Assembly (NCBI GenBank): GCA_029268645.1
Contig: JAQWNI010000253.1
Span: 7,690-71,689, forward strand
From: Myxococcota bacterium
GTDB taxonomy: Bacteria; Myxococcota_A; UBA9160; UBA4427
DNA length: 64,000 nt
Reading direction: 5' to 3'
The notes under the pieces are model-generated. The model worked only from the letters and a program-made list of their open reading frames with translations. It was not told the origin of the DNA and made no database searches. Shown here in pieces: positions 37,163-46,710 of the stretch (the stretch's first letter is position 1; the number at the start of each line of letters is the position of its first letter). The position numbers and the translations under genes are program-made.

Positions 37163-38246
37163 CGCGAAAGTGCACGACGTCTCCGTCCTGCATCACGTAG
37201 TCCTTGCCCTCGACCTGCATCAAGCCTTTGGCCTTGGCCCCGGCTTCGCCTTCGACTTCGAGATAGGTCGCGAAGGGAATCACCTCAGCGCGAATGAAGT
37301 GCTTCTCGAAATCCGAGTGGATCTCGCCGGCGGCCACCGGGGCAGCGGCCCCGCTGCGGACCGTCCACGCGCGAACCTCTTTTTCCCCAGCAGTAAAGAA
37401 GGTGATCAACTCCAGTAGTCGGTACGCGGCCCGGATTAATCGGTCTAGACCCGGTTCCTCGACACCCAGGTCTGCGAGGAATTCCAATCTCTCTGTTTCT
37501 TCGAGTTCGGACAGCTCGGCTTCGGCTTGACCGCAAATCCGAACGGATTCGGACCCCTGCGCTTTTGCATGGTTTTCCAAGGCTTCGCTGTAGCCGTTGC
37601 CTTCCGCAAGCGAAGCGTCATCAACGTTGGCGACATACAGAACGGGTTTGGCGGTCAGCAGGTGGCAGTCCCGATAGGCCGTGGACACCGCCTCAGGGAT
37701 CTCAAAATGTCGCGCAGGTTGGCCGCCGGAAATGTGTTCTTGGAGCGCCGTGAAGAATTCGGCCTCCTCTTTGGCGGTCTTGTCTCCACTTTTGGCGGTC
37801 CGGGTGGCCCGGTCAATGCGTTTCTCCAGAGTTTCGAGATCGGCTAGGCCCAGTTCGAGTTCAATGGTGTCGACATCGCGAACAGGGTCCGGCGATCCAT
37901 CCACGTGAACAACGTTCTCGTCATCGAAACATCGGACCACATGGATGATCGCTTGGGTCTCTCGGATATTCGCGAGAAAACGGTTGCCGAGGCCTTCCCC
38001 TTGGCTGGCCCCTTTGACAAGGCCTGCGATGTCGACGAATTCGACCGTCGTGGGAATGACCTGGGCGCTGTGCACGATGGCATCGAGTTGAGCCAGTCTG
38101 CGGTCGGGGACCGTGACAACACCGGTATTCGGCTCAATGGTGCAGAACGGATAGTTCTCCGCCTGGATGCCTGCCGTAGTCAGGGCATTAAAGAGAGTGC
38201 TCTTTCCGACATTCGGAAGGCCAACGATTCCGCAGGTAAGCGCCAT
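37152..38246 (-). CDS. ychF: Ribosome-binding ATPase YchF
   Basis: GIVGLPNVGKSTLFN, NYPFCTIEPN, DIAGLV, FIRAEV, EGKDY..QDGD. Confidence 0.97.
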   Translation of the reverse strand: MALTCGIVGLPNVGKSTLFNALTTAGIQAENYPFCTIEPNTGVVTVPDRRLAQLDAIVHSAQVIPTTVEFVDIAGLVKGASQGEGLGNRFLANIRETQAIIHVVRCFDDENVVHVDGSPDPVRDVDTIELELGLADLETLEKRIDRATRTAKSGDKTAKEEAEFFTALQEHISGGQPARHFEIPEAVSTAYRDCHLLTAKPVLYVANVDDASLAEGNGYSEALENHAKAQGSESVRICGQAEAELSELEETERLEFLADLGVEEPGLDRLIRAAYRLLELITFFTAGEKEVRAWTVRSGAAAPVAAGEIHSDFEKHFIRAEVIPFATYLEVEGEAGAKAKGLMQVEGKDYVMQDGDVVHFRVGV

Positions 38247-38328
38247 GGGGTCGGAAGAGTGCCCTGTTGCACGGATTGCGCCACTCCCCAAGGGGCCCCG
38301 GGCGATTTTAGCCTAGCGATCGAGGGTC

Positions 38329-39468
38329 CTAGCGTCCTTTTGAATTCGAACGATTCTTCGAATCTCGCTGGTAGTCGTCGAGAAATTGGGCGGCGAATTC
38401 TGGATAGCGGCCCGCGAGAACGGCGTTTCGGGCCGAGGTCATCAGCTGAGTGTAGAAATGCACGTTGTGAATCGAGCAGAGAATGGCTGAAAGGACTTCG
38501 TTCGCGTTGAAGAGGTGATGGAGATAGGCCCGGGAGAATCGACCGTCCTGGCACGCATAGCATTCACATGAAGGATCGATCGGGTAGGTGTCGCGACGAT
38601 AGCGACGATGTGTCAAACGAATGCGACCCCTGCGCGTGAAGACCGTTGCGCTTCGCGCGTATCGAGTGGGAATGACACAGTCGAACATGTCGATCCCGAA
38701 GCCTACGCAAGCGATCAGGTCTTCAGGAAGCCCGACACCCATCAAATAGCGCGGCTTGTCCTGCGGAAGGAGAGGCGCAGCGTGGCGAGTCACTTCACAC
38801 AGAAGCTCGTGGCCTTCTCCGACCGAAACGCCCCCAATCGCGTAACCCGGGCTGTCCATTGAAACCAGCTCTTTTGCACACTCCTCCCGCAGTTCGGGAA
38901 AGGTGCTTCCCTGGACGATCGGGAAAAGCGCCTGGTCTGCGCGCTGATGAGCGGCCAGGCATCGCTCCATCCACATCAATGTTCGGCGAACGCCTGTGGC
39001 GGCCAATTTCCGGGTCGCCGGGTAAGGGGTGCATTCGTCGAAGGCCATGATGATGTCGGCCCCCAAGGCATTTTGGATCGCCATGGCCCGTTCGGGAGTG
39101 AGGTCCATGGTGTCGCCGTTGACTTCGTTGGTGAATCGAACGCCGCGATCATTGATCTGAGCGCTGGGAAGCGAAAAGACCTGAAATCCCCCGCTGTCTG
39201 TCAGAATCGGCCCGGGCCACTGCATGAAGGCATGCAACCCACCCAGCTTTTCGACCAATCCCTCGCCGGGGCGCAGGGCAAGATGATACGTATTGGCCAG
39301 AACGACCTGTGCACCCGTGGCCTGCACTTGGTCCGGGGTCATCGCCTTGAGGGCACCGTGGGTGCCGACGGGCATGAAGGTCGGTGTCTGGATCGGGCCA
39401 TGGGGCGTGTTGAACCGCCCGGCGCGGGCATGGCCGGAGGTTGCTTCGAGCGCGTAGTCAAAGGACAC
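38329..39468 (-). CDS. tgt: tRNA-guanine transglycosylase
   Basis: TPTFMPVGT, NTYHL, TDSGGFQVFS, FDEC, GGVSVGE, DMFDCV.PTR, CECYAC...HN. Confidence 0.96.
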   Translation of the reverse strand: MSFDYALEATSGHARAGRFNTPHGPIQTPTFMPVGTHGALKAMTPDQVQATGAQVVLANTYHLALRPGEGLVEKLGGLHAFMQWPGPILTDSGGFQVFSLPSAQINDRGVRFTNEVNGDTMDLTPERAMAIQNALGADIIMAFDECTPYPATRKLAATGVRRTLMWMERCLAAHQRADQALFPIVQGSTFPELREECAKELVSMDSPGYAIGGVSVGEGHELLCEVTRHAAPLLPQDKPRYLMGVGLPEDLIACVGFGIDMFDCVIPTRYARSATVFTRRGRIRLTHRRYRRDTYPIDPSCECYACQDGRFSRAYLHHLFNANEVLSAILCSIHNVHFYTQLMTSARNAVLAGRYPEFAAQFLDDYQRDSKNRSNSKGR

Positions 39469-39531
39469 GCGGGGAAACTAGCAGGAGGAGAGCGGGTCTC
39501 CGGGTGCTAATGTGTTGCGTGAGGAGGCGGC

Positions 39532-40440
39532 ATGCACTTTGCCGACACGCTGATGGTTCGTCTGCGGGCGCTGGGGCACCCCCTTTGCGTGGGCCTCGAT
39601 CCGCACTTGGATTTGATCCCCCCGATTTTCCGCCAAGGGAAAATGCGTCCCGGCGACCCAGCCACCGTCGAAGCTGTGGAGAGCCTGGGAATGGCCTTCC
39701 TCGATCGCGTGGCCGGCCGAGCCGCCGTTCTCAAACCCCAAATCGCTTTTTTCGAGCAGCTGGGTGCGGCGGGGGTGGCCAGTCTAGAACGCATCGTCGC
39801 TGCGGCCCGGGAGCGGGAACTGATTGTCCTGCTGGATGCGAAAAGAGGCGACATCGGTTCGACGGCGGACGGCTACGCGCGTGCTTACCTTGAGCCGGAT
39901 TCGGCCTGTGAGGTGGACGCGATCACCCTCTCTCCTTATCTCGGCCGGGATAGCCTTGAGCCGTTCGTCTCTCGCGCGCGCACCTTCGGCAGAGGTCTCT
40001 TTGTTTTGGCCAAGACCAGCAACCCGGGTTCGGGGGATTTGCAGGATCTTGAATTGAAAGATGGCCTGGTTCACGAGGCGGTGACACGACGACTCGCAGA
40101 ACTCGGCGACCGGTTGGTGGGTCCCTCAACCGGGTGGTCCGCCTTGGGGCTCGTGGTCGGTGCCACCTACCCCGAGCAGGCCGAGCACCTTCGCGATCTC
40201 GCTCCCCGCTCGCTTTTCCTGATTCCGGGCTACGGTCGACAGGGTGCGGATGCTTCAGCGGCGGTTCGGTCCTTCGTTCGGGGCCCCCGTGGTCTTGAGG
40301 GCGGATTGGTCAATTCGTCCCGCGCCATTTCGTTTCCGGCTGCAGCCCAAGGCGCGACCGATGCCGGTACCTGGGAGCGCGCTGTGGATGCCGCGGTCGA
40401 TCAGGCGATCTCGGAGCTGGGTGAGGCCGTTAGCGCGTAA
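39532..40440 (+). CDS. pyrF: Orotidine 5'-phosphate decarboxylase (subfamily 2)
   Basis: CVGLDP, KPQIAFFE, DAKRGDIGST, TSNPGS, VVGAT, PGYG.QG, NSSR. Confidence 0.95.
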   Translation: MHFADTLMVRLRALGHPLCVGLDPHLDLIPPIFRQGKMRPGDPATVEAVESLGMAFLDRVAGRAAVLKPQIAFFEQLGAAGVASLERIVAAARERELIVLLDAKRGDIGSTADGYARAYLEPDSACEVDAITLSPYLGRDSLEPFVSRARTFGRGLFVLAKTSNPGSGDLQDLELKDGLVHEAVTRRLAELGDRLVGPSTGWSALGLVVGATYPEQAEHLRDLAPRSLFLIPGYGRQGADASAAVRSFVRGPRGLEGGLVNSSRAISFPAAAQGATDAGTWERAVDAAVDQAISELGEAVSA

Positions 40441-40478
40441 TCGCTCAACCGAGCAAGGGTCGGAGCGTTTTATCGGGC

Positions 40479-40601
40479 CTAGCGGTAGGTCGAGCGGGTG
40501 CCGCCGGTATTGCGTCGGCGGGCTCGGCGGTGCTTCTGCTTGAGCTTCGCGCGGTGGCGGGAGGAGCGGCCGCGATTGCGATTGTTGGTGCCTTTTTTCA
40601 C
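40479..40601 (-). CDS. Small, highly basic protein (40 aa)
   Basis: AAGGA RBS 7 nt before GTG; MKKGTNNRNRGRSSRHRAKLKQKHRRARRRNTGGTRSTYR; fills the pyrF to acyl-CoA dehydrogenase gap. Confidence 0.55.
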   Translation of the reverse strand: MKKGTNNRNRGRSSRHRAKLKQKHRRARRRNTGGTRSTYR

Positions 40602-40760
40602 GGGAACGTCCTTTCGTGGGCGCCGCAGCATACGTGAGCCCTCGCGGACTGTCGAGGCCGGGCCTCCTCTCGGCGGATTCAGGGGGCTATCCTCCCGCAT
40701 CGGGGGCATGTTTGCCCTCCAACCGTTGAGCGGCCCTTCTCCGGGCCTGAAGGAGCACCG

Positions 40761-41942
40761 ATGACGAACCCCTCTCTGGAGCGCATGGCCGATTTCGATC
40801 TGACCGACGAGCAGCGCGAGGTCCGGAGAACCGTCCGCGAGTTCGCCGAGAAGGAGATCCTGCCCCACGTGGAGCGCTACGAAGAGGAGGCTCGATACCC
40901 CCTTGAACTGATTGAGAAGCTTCCCGCGATGGGGCTGCTGGGTCCGATGATTCCCGAGGAATACGGGGGGACCTTCAGTGACGTCATGACCTACGGGATC
41001 ATTTGCGAGGAGATCGCCCGGGTCGATTGGGTGGTGGCGTCGGTCATCTCGGTTGCGAATTCTCTGGTCGCGGGCGCGATCCTGAGCTCCGGGAGCGAGG
41101 AGCAGAAGCAACGCTTTCTGCCGGGTATTGCCCGGGGAGAGTTGATCTGTTCGGCCTGCCTCACTGAACCGGGTGGAGGCACCGACTTGGGAAACATGCA
41201 GACCACCGCCACGAAGGTCGATGGCGGTTGGAAGATCGACGGGACCAAGGTGTTCATCTCGCATGCGGCCCACGCGGGTCTATTCTTTCTGGTGGCCAGC
41301 GTGGACCGCTCGAAGAAGCATAAGGGGGTCACCGCCTTTGTGTTTGATCCGAGAGAGATCGAAGGTCTGCACATCGGGCATTTTCCGATGCGCACGCTGA
41401 AGCGTGACAACCTCGCTGAAGTGCACTTTGATGGTGCTGTGATCCCCGAAGAGGCTGTTCTCGGTGAACCGGGGCGGGGCTTTCCGGTTCTTGGTTCGGC
41501 CCTCGATACGGGACGCTTTTCTGTGGCGGCTCGCTGCGTGGGTCAAGCCCAGCGCTGCTTGGATCTGGCCGCTCCCTACGCGATGGAACGGGAAGCCTTT
41601 GGAAGCAAGATCGGCGAATTCCAAATGATCCAACAAAAAATAGCCGACATGGTTTGTCGAACCGAGCAGGCACGCCTGCTTGTCTATCGACTGGGCCGCA
41701 TGAAAGACGCCGGTGTCCAAAGAGCATCCCTAGAAAGCAGTATGGCCAAACTCTGTGCCAGCCAGGCCGCCGTGCAAAACGCGCTGGACGGCATGCAGGT
41801 CTTCGGAGGCTATTCGTGCACCCAGGAGTACGAAATTGGGCGTCTCCTACTTGAGGCCAAGTCTCTTGAATTTGGAGAAGGCACCAGCGAGCTTCACAAC
41901 CGATTGATCGCCGAGTTTGCCCTCGGCATTCGCAAACAATGA
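40761..41942 (+). CDS. Acyl-CoA dehydrogenase
   Basis: CLTEPGGGTD, GTKVFIS, R..FG..IGEFQ.IQ, GGY, GEGTSE; AAGGAG RBS. Confidence 0.92.
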   Translation: MTNPSLERMADFDLTDEQREVRRTVREFAEKEILPHVERYEEEARYPLELIEKLPAMGLLGPMIPEEYGGTFSDVMTYGIICEEIARVDWVVASVISVANSLVAGAILSSGSEEQKQRFLPGIARGELICSACLTEPGGGTDLGNMQTTATKVDGGWKIDGTKVFISHAAHAGLFFLVASVDRSKKHKGVTAFVFDPREIEGLHIGHFPMRTLKRDNLAEVHFDGAVIPEEAVLGEPGRGFPVLGSALDTGRFSVAARCVGQAQRCLDLAAPYAMEREAFGSKIGEFQMIQQKIADMVCRTEQARLLVYRLGRMKDAGVQRASLESSMAKLCASQAAVQNALDGMQVFGGYSCTQEYEIGRLLLEAKSLEFGEGTSELHNRLIAEFALGIRKQ

Positions 41943-41998
41943 TCGCGTTCCTGTAGCCGACTTCGCCCGGTCAGGAAAAACCAAATCGAGGGTTGGCA

Positions 41999-42403
41999 AT
42001 GAATCCACCCACTGGCAAGCCTTGGGTTGTTCACGAAGAAGACTGCCCAGAGGAAAGCAGCGAAGCCCTCGGGCCGGGGCGGGTCACCTGGCGGACTCTG
42101 GTCAGCGGAGATCGAACGCCTTCGACAGCGTTGACCGCGGGCATCGCCGAAGTGGCCCCTGGTGCGTCAGGACCGATTCAGCCTCATCATCACCCAGAGC
42201 CCGAGGTTTATTACGTCGTGGCCGGCTGCGGCGAGGTGTACATCGATGGCGTCAGGTACCCGCTTCGCCCAGGAAGTGCGGTTTTCATTCCGGGTGGCTC
42301 GCAGCACACCGCAATCAATACGGCAGACGAGGTGTTGCGACTCTTTTACGTCTTTCCCGCGAACGCGTTCGGGGACATCGAGTACACCTACTCGAGCGAT
42401 TAG
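41999..42403 (+). CDS. Cupin resembling DddW/DddK DMSP lyases
   Basis: WRTL, GIAE..PG, HHHPEPEVY, FIPG..H, YVFP...F.DIEY. Confidence 0.65.
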   Translation: MNPPTGKPWVVHEEDCPEESSEALGPGRVTWRTLVSGDRTPSTALTAGIAEVAPGASGPIQPHHHPEPEVYYVVAGCGEVYIDGVRYPLRPGSAVFIPGGSQHTAINTADEVLRLFYVFPANAFGDIEYTYSSD

Positions 42404-43080
42404 TGCCGCCCGCTGGTTCGCTGAATGGGCGGTGGTTCGCCACCGGGAATGATCCACTGGCCCCGTCGTTTGGCCTGCATGAAGGAATCGGCGCCGACAT
42501 CAAGGAACCGGCCCCAAGTTCGCTCTTCGATGTCGTTTCCACTAATGGGGCCAAAAATGGTGAGGAAGTACTGGGTCGTGTAGTGAACGCGATGATTGAT
42601 TTCGGGCGTCACGTGCGGGGCTTCTTCTCCTGGATTCCAAAAGACGAGACTGATGGCCGCCCGTCCATATTCGCTGATGGATTGATAGAAGCTGAGGGTT
42701 TGGCGTCCACCCACTAGGGACGCCGGCACCCCGACGGCAAAATTATCGATGTCGCTGCCAGCCATCAGAACACGGGCTTCAATCTCAGGGACATCCGCGG
42801 CTGGATCATGGGAAAGCCTGACACCGGCTTGCTGAAGGGCCAGCTCAAGACAGCTCTGAATCCAGCTGACGTCTTTGGCATTGGGGGCAGTAATGCTGAG
42901 CCGCCATGTTCCCGACAAGGCATCTTGGTGGACCGGTAGGTTTCGGATGGCGCCTTGAATGGCCAGGCGGGTTAGTTCTTGTTCGAGGGCGGTGCGCCCA
43001 TCTACAGTCATCGTGGGCCCAAAACAGCCGATGCTCAGCCAAGCGAATCCGCTGGCCAAAAGGGCGATCATCGTACGCAT
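42400..43080 (-). CDS. Hypothetical lipoprotein
   Basis: Signal ending SIGC; RTALEQ motif; GAGGAG RBS before ATG 43080. Confidence 0.6.
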   Translation of the reverse strand: MRTMIALLASGFAWLSIGCFGPTMTVDGRTALEQELTRLAIQGAIRNLPVHQDALSGTWRLSITAPNAKDVSWIQSCLELALQQAGVRLSHDPAADVPEIEARVLMAGSDIDNFAVGVPASLVGGRQTLSFYQSISEYGRAAISLVFWNPGEEAPHVTPEINHRVHYTTQYFLTIFGPISGNDIEERTWGRFLDVGADSFMQAKRRGQWIIPGGEPPPIQRTSGRH

Positions 43081-43218
43081 CGAGGTCTCCTCGTTCAAAA
43101 TGATGGGCAGGATTTAGCCATTTCGGAATGACTTGGCCAGATGCGGGATCAAGGGTTCTTCCTCGACCGTTCAGTGGTTGGGCGGTGCTTGAGGCGATGA
43201 AGAGACTAGAATGCGCAG

Positions 43219-44187
43219 GTGACTGTCCGTACGCTTTTTATCCTCAACCCGGCCTCACGCCGAGGGTCCGATCGCTTTGGTCGCCTTGCGGCTTCGCTGC
43301 GTGAAGCCCTCGGCGAAATGGAGGTCGTGCGCACTCGGGCGCCGCTGGACGCCGTCCGTCTGGCCCGAGAAGCGTCTCGGTCTGGCTTCGAGCGGCTTCT
43401 GGTGGGCGGAGGCGACGGCACGCTTTCTGAGGTGGCCACCGGTGTGCTCGAGGCTGGCTTGGGGAGCGAGGTTGAGATTGGGTTGATTCCGCTTGGCTCG
43501 GGCTGTGACTTCGCGCGTTCGGTAGGTGTTCCGGAGCCGGTCGAGCAGGCGATTGCGCAACTGCGGAGTGGAGAGTCTCGCCTCATTGATGCGGGCTGTT
43601 TGGTACGTCACACCGATCAAGGTGGCGAACAAAGGCGCTACTTCGTCAACGAGTCGGGATTTGGTCTCAGCGGCATGACGGTGGAATTGGTGCGTCGGGC
43701 CGGCAAGCGCTTCGGGCCCAGGACGGCTTTTGCCCTTGGCACCGTCCGAGCGATCGTCCGGGGTGGGACGCCGGAGGTCGAGCTGCGGGTAGACGGCGAG
43801 GTTGTACACGAAGGCGGAATTTCCCTTGTTGTCTGCGGCAACGGCCGCTATTTCGGGAGCGGCATGCGAATCGCGCCCGAAGCCGTTTTGAACGATGGCC
43901 AGTTTGATCTGATCGTGGTGAGCGCTCTGGGTCGCGCCAAGCTGTTAAGCCGCTTTCCTTCTTTATATCAGGGAACCCACCTTCGATATCCCGAGGTGCA
44001 TAGGTATCGGGGGCGATGCATTGAGGCGAAGTGGCTCGGGGGCGGGCCAGCGCGCTGCGAGGCCGATGGCGAGCCACTGGGTCTGTTGCCAATTCGGTGG
44101 GAGATCTGCCCCGGTGCCCTGCGCATTGCGGGCTTGGTTCAGCCGCCGGGTCCGGCGTGGGGCATTCCGGAAGAGGCTTCGGGTTAA
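43219..44187 (+). CDS. Diacylglycerol/lipid kinase family (DagK/YegS-like)
   Basis: NPAS, GGDGT, IPLGSG.DFA, GNGRYFGSG, DGE. Confidence 0.9.
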   Translation: MTVRTLFILNPASRRGSDRFGRLAASLREALGEMEVVRTRAPLDAVRLAREASRSGFERLLVGGGDGTLSEVATGVLEAGLGSEVEIGLIPLGSGCDFARSVGVPEPVEQAIAQLRSGESRLIDAGCLVRHTDQGGEQRRYFVNESGFGLSGMTVELVRRAGKRFGPRTAFALGTVRAIVRGGTPEVELRVDGEVVHEGGISLVVCGNGRYFGSGMRIAPEAVLNDGQFDLIVVSALGRAKLLSRFPSLYQGTHLRYPEVHRYRGRCIEAKWLGGGPARCEADGEPLGLLPIRWEICPGALRIAGLVQPPGPAWGIPEEASG

Positions 44188-45159
44188 ATGTTCCGACTTG
44201 ATACGCTGAGGACCGCCTGCGCGGAAGTTGTGGCCCGAGCTCGGTACGTGGAAATCGCCGAGGATCGATTAAAGGAGTTGGCCCTCGAACTGGGTCACCA
44301 GGCTCCGAATCAAGATCTCTTAGATCCAGCGCATCACCGGGTCGGATCGTCCGAAGAAACTCTTGCCTACGTGATGACATTGGATGCCGTCAACTTTGGC
44401 TCGGGCTGGTTTCCCTATCTTGCGAAACGCCCGGGTTGCTCGGGTTATTTGACTCTGGCCCAGGCTCTCCGCGAACATTTTGAAGCCCATGGTCCTCTTA
44501 AGCCCTCGATCCTCCGTCGAATTTCTGCACGGGAGTGCGCCGCGATTTTGGGTCAATCCCTCACGCCGCCAATCGACACCTTAATGGGTCACTTTGCAAG
44601 GGCCTGGCAACAGCTCGGCGATCTTCTCGAGTCCCGCTTTCAGGGCGACTTCGCCGCCTTGGTGACCGAGGCCGGTGGGGAGGTCGAAAAGATGATCGCG
44701 TTGTTGGCCGAGATGCCGATGTATCGCGATGAAGCGCAATACGGTGGTTTGCGGGTCCCTTTTTATAAAAGAGCGCAGATCACATGCTCGGACCTCGCCC
44801 TGGCTTTCGAGGGACAGGGGCCGGGTCATTTTTGCGATCTGGATCGACTGACTCTATTTGCCGACAACCTTGTCCCCCATGTCCTTCGCGTTGAAGGCGT
44901 GCTCCGTTATACCCCCAGCTTATTGGAACGGATTCAAGCCGGAGAGCTCATTGAAGCGGGAGCTCCCGAAGAGGTCGAAATCCGAGGGGTCGCTCTTCAC
45001 GCGGTCGAGCGAATGGTAAGGCAGCTTCAAGAGGAAGCGGCGCGCTCGGACGTTTTGGCCCTCACGGCGCAACAACTTGACACGATTCTTTGGAACCGAG
45101 GTCAGTCACCGCGGATCAAAGCCCAGCCGCGGCATCGCACACGGAGCCTATTCTATTGA
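44188..45159 (+). CDS. Queuosine salvage protein (DUF2419 / QNG1-like)
   Basis: LDAVNFGSG, FYKRAQI, LTLFADNLVPHVL, EVEIR, LD..LW, HRTRSLFY. Confidence 0.85.
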   Translation: MFRLDTLRTACAEVVARARYVEIAEDRLKELALELGHQAPNQDLLDPAHHRVGSSEETLAYVMTLDAVNFGSGWFPYLAKRPGCSGYLTLAQALREHFEAHGPLKPSILRRISARECAAILGQSLTPPIDTLMGHFARAWQQLGDLLESRFQGDFAALVTEAGGEVEKMIALLAEMPMYRDEAQYGGLRVPFYKRAQITCSDLALAFEGQGPGHFCDLDRLTLFADNLVPHVLRVEGVLRYTPSLLERIQAGELIEAGAPEEVEIRGVALHAVERMVRQLQEEAARSDVLALTAQQLDTILWNRGQSPRIKAQPRHRTRSLFY

Positions 45160-46538
45160 AGCTGAGGCGGTTGGTTGGAACGCGCAACCGCCAAGATTCC
45201 CACAATGAGATCCTCGATCAAACGGTCTTTCAGCCCATAGGGAGAAAGGGTCTCTTGGGTGGCGCTTCGAACCGTCTGTGGATCAATGTGGCCGGGAAGG
45301 GCGACAACCCGTTGGCTGATTTGTTGGCCGATGCGTAAAAGAGCGGGGCGAAGAACCTGATCGAGATCCGGCGGTTCGCCCTCGAACTCTTCGGACGGGG
45401 GTTCGGCGAGGGTGGCACGTTGAACCGCTTTGGCGGCCTCAATCTGCGCACGAAACAGAAGCAGTAGAGCTTCTCGCCGCTCTTCCTCTCGCTCAAGGGT
45501 GGGAGCGGTTGGGTTCTCGGCTAGCCTGGCCGCACGATTCGGTTGGATGCTTTCGATCGCTGCTGCCAGAACCCTTTGCTCGCGTTCTGGGGCTTCTACC
45601 GGCGCGCCGGAGCGACGCTTGGCTTCGGCGACCGCGGGCATCAGAGACAGCCGGGCATCTAGAGCGGCCAACAGCGCGGGTAGCGGGAGGGCTGGCTCGG
45701 GTTGGGCGTGCTGCGGGCCGAGCGAACGGGCTCGCCATTCGGCGAGTTCGCCCGCCTCCGCTCGAGCCATCAACCAGGCATCGAGATCGGTGGCCAGCGC
45801 AGTCTCGCCCGGGGGAAGAAGAAAGGCTTTTCGGTCTTGGGTGAAAGGTCCCAGGGCACGGGTCTTCGGGGCTTTGATCTGCCAGAGAGGCGCCTCGAGG
45901 GTGTCGGTCACAACGGCTTCGGCGCGATCGGAAATGAGTTCATCGAGCACTCGCCCATTGTCTTCGAGAGTGAGAACCCGGGCGCGAGGGAAACGGGCTC
46001 GAGTCACCCGTTCAAGATGCCCCCCGCGGTTGACCGCAATCCGCACGGTGGGTTGGTTGAGGTCAGCAAGGTCTTGCCAGGGGCTCTCATTGTTCACCAA
46101 GACCACCGCTCCGCTCTGGGCCACGGGCACGGAGAAGCGCCCGGCCAGAATTCGCTCCGGACGGATCGTGATCCCGCCGACAGCGACATCGAAGCGTTCC
46201 TGCCGAAGATCTTCGAGGAGAGAAGGCCAGCGGAACGGAACGAATCGAATGGCGAGTCCCCGGTCCGAGGCGTAAGCCCGAATCAAATCAGGCCCATACC
46301 CCTCGGGCGGCCCCTCGGTGTTGTTCGTGAGGTGGCTGAAGGGTGCGTAGTCCCCGGATGTGGCGACGGTTAGAGTTTTGGCGGGGGGTGAGCACGCGCT
46401 GGTTCCGATCAGGGCCGTGCTCGTCCAAACCATGAGCAAAAGAAGAAGAGAGACAGCAGGGCCCCCGCCTGCCCAAAGGCTCTTCACGGCGCCGAGGCCC
46501 GCCCAAATACCTTCCCGGAACCGCCTCGTGACCCTCAT
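45153..46538 (-). CDS. Exported fusion: cyclohexadienyl dehydratase (PheC)-like SBP domain plus AroQ chorismate mutase
   Basis: TSGDYAPFS, GGITIRPER, VNRGG, TD..EA; then RL.LM.AVA.AK...E.PEREQ.V, F.AQIEAAK.VQ, LRPAL. Start uncertain. Confidence 0.8.
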   Translation of the reverse strand: MRVTRRFREGIWAGLGAVKSLWAGGGPAVSLLLLLMVWTSTALIGTSACSPPAKTLTVATSGDYAPFSHLTNNTEGPPEGYGPDLIRAYASDRGLAIRFVPFRWPSLLEDLRQERFDVAVGGITIRPERILAGRFSVPVAQSGAVVLVNNESPWQDLADLNQPTVRIAVNRGGHLERVTRARFPRARVLTLEDNGRVLDELISDRAEAVVTDTLEAPLWQIKAPKTRALGPFTQDRKAFLLPPGETALATDLDAWLMARAEAGELAEWRARSLGPQHAQPEPALPLPALLAALDARLSLMPAVAEAKRRSGAPVEAPEREQRVLAAAIESIQPNRAARLAENPTAPTLEREEERREALLLLFRAQIEAAKAVQRATLAEPPSEEFEGEPPDLDQVLRPALLRIGQQISQRVVALPGHIDPQTVRSATQETLSPYGLKDRLIEDLIVGILAVARSNQPPQLQ

Positions 46539-46710
46539 CGACCCCTCACCTCCTGCTAATTGACCCGGCCCGGCTCATTTCCTACCCTGCGCCGCCGCAG
46601 GTTTTCAAGCGCCCCCCGCCCGATTGCATCCGATGCTGCGGCGCCTTTTCGTAGGCTGCCAACGGTGAGAGCCTTGAGCGCTTTGATTTAAACGGACGAG
46701 GTGAACCTTC

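Noticed and set aside
40602..41273. Upstream part of the 264-aa minus-strand ORF
   Set aside because: Mostly antisense to the acyl-CoA dehydrogenase; only the last 40 codons have their own RBS and distinctive composition.
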